This document shows, piece by piece, positions 35,701 through 38,820 of a DNA stretch of 38,820 nt. The notes beneath the pieces were generated by a model. That model saw only the letters and a program-made list of their open reading frames with translations, was not told where the DNA came from and did no database searches. The translations under genes and the position numbers were made by a program. Position 1 is the first letter of the stretch; each line of letters starts with the position of its first letter. Location of the stretch: positions 24,456,035 through 24,494,854 of the forward strand of contig NC_057718.1 in the NCBI RefSeq assembly GCF_004010195.1, written 5' to 3'. This stretch comes from Chiloscyllium plagiosum. Taxonomy: Eukaryota.

Positions 35701-36210
35701 AACTCCAGCCGGAATCCTCAAACTGGAGTGGGACATTCTGTTCACTCGTCACCAAAGCTTTCAGTGCAGGGGCGTAAACTGGAGACTGCAAGTGTGCTAG
35801 GGGGGTGTAGCAATGCGCTGATAAGGTCAAATGAAGTAGGTTGGGTGGAAGCTTGTGTGGGTAGAAAGAAAACACCAACATTGATCTTGTTAAAAGTTTC
35901 GGCCTGATTTGGTGCTGTAGATTCTATGTAATTAGCTACCCATTACAGAAACCACCCGATTTTTAAACGTCAGTAAAGCTGTTACTGGTCGATCAGGGGC
36001 TGGAAGGTTGAGACGATGTCACAAAGCCCAAGTGTAAATTTGAGTCATTTATTGACGCCCCGTGTACCCCATGATATATATCTTTCTTGAAACAAAGACT
36101 ATTCATTACTATTCTTTACAATGTATGAAAAATTACTTCAGGAAATTGCAGGCTCTTTTTAGCTGGTCTATGTTTAGCTGGTCTGCAAATGTCTTGTTCA
36201 CCTAATTGGC

Positions 36211-36338
36211 AAAAGTGAGGACTGCAGATGCTGGAAACAGAATTTAGATCAGAGTGGTGCTGGAAAAGCACAGCAGGTCAGGCAGCATCTGAGGAGCATG
36301 AAAATCGACGTTTCAGGCAAAAGCCCTTCATCAGGAAT
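36211..36338 (-). mobile_element. Penelope-derived terminal fragment with hammerhead-like motif
   Basis: aaagtgaggactgcagatgctgga...gacgtttcaggcaaaagcccttcatcaggaat. Confidence 0.8.
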
Positions 36339-37411
36339 GTTCACCTATTTTCCTTTTCTTTCCCAATTCTCTTCCCTGGTCTGTTCATTCTGTATTTTTA
36401 TTTAATTTGATTTTAACTAATGTCTAACTAATAAATTCTTACTATTTTAAAGTTTTCTTCAACTTGGAACTCTTTTTCTGTGCAACCTCATTTTAAAATC
36501 TGTTTTGGAATTGGGGTCAGCAAAATTACTCATTAATTAAAAACCAACTCTAAGGATCAGGTTTTGGGCATTAAACATTGGAAGTTTAATAATTGACATA
36601 GTCATAGTCTGGCAAAATATATATTTTTTTATTTTAAACCAAGACCAGATTGTTACAGGTCAAATGTCTATAGTGTCAATAGTCCAAACAATACTTGAAC
36701 AAAATGACTGTTCTTTGGCATTTAAAGTCCCACCTTTTCTCCTTGTGTGAAAGGTTTCTTGACTGACAGCAAATGGTGGATGATTCACACAATTTGGATA
36801 AAATGTAATTAATTGATTTGAAATGTTAATCTGCATTAACCCCACCACAGATGCTGCTTGATACATTGAGTGTTTCCAGAATGTTCTGCTTTTATTTCAA
36901 ATTTCCACTCTCTATAAATTTTGCTGTTGTCAACAAAGTAGTCAGTTCAGTTAGATGAGCACCAGTAGAACAGTAACTTATTTTATTGTTTGCTGCTAGA
37001 TTTGGATCGTGACTTGTGTACACAGTCATGTATAATACAAAGAATATTTTTGTAACTAACTATTGGGTATATTTACAAAGTATGAAAATGAAATATATTG
37101 ATTTTCATGCCAACTGTCCATATTGTATTGGGATGTTAAAAAACATTATATTTGTTAAGGAAACAAATCCAGAAGAGATCTATTAGCTCAAAGTTGAACA
37201 TTCATGAGGCACTGTAGGCCATCAGCAGGGCCCAATTTTCATTCAGTCACAATCTGTAACCTCTTTATCTTGCATATCCCCAACCGTCAAGGCCAAGTGA
37301 TCAGTAAAATATGCAGGAGTGTATGCTTGGATTATGACCATACCTAAAAATCAGGAATCCTGGTGAAGCTATAACACAGGACTATTTACACACCAAACAG
37401 TGGAAGCAGCA

Positions 37412-38291
37412 TATGACAGATAGAAGTAAATGACCCCACAATCAATGATGAGATCTAAACTCTGCAATCCTGCCAAACCCCGTTGTGAATGTTGCTGGAA
37501 AGTTAACTGACAGAAGAACCCAAAAACACCTCTATCCTCAGTGATAGGGAAGCACTTGGTCCTTATTTCAAGGAGAATTGGTGAGTAAGGAAATCTTACT
37601 GCACTTCTCACAACACAGGGTAAACCCTCTGCGAATTTAAACCAGCAAACACAGTAAAGATTCACCCTGTGCTGTAATCTGTTAAAAGTCAATATTTAAA
37701 GTAAAACTTCACAACTTTATTATTTTTAGGTCTAACAGAGAATAATTAATTGACAACTATTCACAACTCCTTTCTTTAAACCTATCTTTTACCTCCTTTA
37801 TAATACTGGTCTGATAAAAACCTCAATTAAGATTTATGAAAGGTTCAAATTTCAAAACCAACCAGCTGTTGAATCTTCTCTGTGTATCTTCCTCTGTAGA
37901 TTTTCTCTCCAGGTCGGTGTTGTTTTTTTCTGTGCAAGCTCCTTCTCCAGACAGGTACTTCTCAGAGAGTTCTTACTAGCAGCCTACATCTTTTGGTCTT
38001 TTGGCAGTTCTCTCTGCCACCTGGATAACTGTTCAAAATATCTGGCATTTATACCCCAAACCATCAGATCATTTCATTGGTTTTAATATTGTCAAAGTAC
38101 TAAATTCAAACTTGATTGGAGTTTGGTATCTTGGGCCATAATGTAACCTGATTGGCCGAATTTGAATTTGTTTTTGTACCCAGGCAACCCAGCAAATTTG
38201 GCTGTTCGACCAAATGTTACATTGTTACCTTGTTCAGAACACTTTGTATGGTTTCAACTCTCACAAAGGCACAGTACCCATACATCTTCAT
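37412..38291 (-). mobile_element. Probable solo LTR
   Basis: tatga...tcata inverted termini. On minus: CCAAT (about 38150), TATAAA (about 38050), AATAAA (about 37718) in LTR order. Confidence 0.6.
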
Positions 38292-38498
38292 AGCACACTA
38301 TACAAGGCGCTGGTGAGACCATATCTGGAGTTTTGGTCCCCTTAAGAAAATATTTTATTTTATTGGAAAAAATTCAGAGAATGTTTACTGGGATAATCCC
38401 TGGATTGTCTTATGAGCAAAGATGAAACAGTTTGGGACACATTAGAATTTAGAAGAATGAGAGGTGATCTCAATGAAATGTATTGGATTCTTAACGGT
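38292..38498 (+). mobile_element. CR1 3' fragment
   Basis: LYKALVRPYLE..W.P; RRMRGDLNEMY.IL. Confidence 0.85.
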
Positions 38499-38499
38499 T

Positions 38500-38820
38500 C
38501 AACAGAGAAAATTATTAGAACAAGTCAACATGGATTTAGTAAGGGGAGGTCATGCCTGACAAACCTGTTGGAGTTCTTTGAAGAGGTGAGAAGTAGGTTA
38601 GACCGGCGAAACCCAGTGGATGTGGTCTACCTAGACTTCCAAAAGGCCTTTGATAAGGTGCCACACGGGAGGCTGCTGTGCAAGGTGAGGGCCCATGGTG
38701 TTCGAGGTGAGCTACTGGTATGGATTGAGGATTGGCTGTCTGACAGAAGGCAGAGAGTTGGGATAAAAGGTTCTTTTTCGGAATGGCAGCCGGTGACAAG
38801 CGGTGTCCCGCAGGGTTCAG
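38500..38820 (+). mobile_element. Young CR1 LINE RT, runs off the window end
   Basis: Uninterrupted SQHGFSKGRSCLTNLLEFFEEV..VDVVYLDFQKAFDKVPHGRL..WIEDWLSDRRQRV..VTSGVPQGS. Confidence 0.95.

Overview
Eukaryotic, repeat-dominated DNA, most likely from a shark: the tRNA-headed HE1/V-SINEs with (TTAGA)n tails, CR1/HER1-type LINEs, a DeuSINE and Penelope-derived palindromes are typical of elasmobranchs. All family assignments are from recall, not database searches. No intact cellular protein-coding gene is recognisable. The standout structure is an LTR/ERV-like element on the minus strand (about 22629-27110). It runs 5'LTR - PBS - splice donor - non-coding interior - splice acceptor - intronless, internally deleted RBPMS2-like retrocopy - env-TM-like remnant - PPT - 3'LTR, which resembles a retrovirus that has captured a host mRNA. 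Other content: a degenerate 36-bp (2x18) tandem array scattered over about 27 kb by nested TE insertions; decayed hAT (Buster/Charlie), Harbinger, Gypsy and Penelope elements; Penelope-type minimal hammerhead ribozyme motifs; a local inverted duplication of about 470 bp; two identically truncated CR1 copies; and CpG-rich, TE-poor flanks with a candidate exon and a CTCF-like site. Repeat boundaries were read by eye and are approximate.
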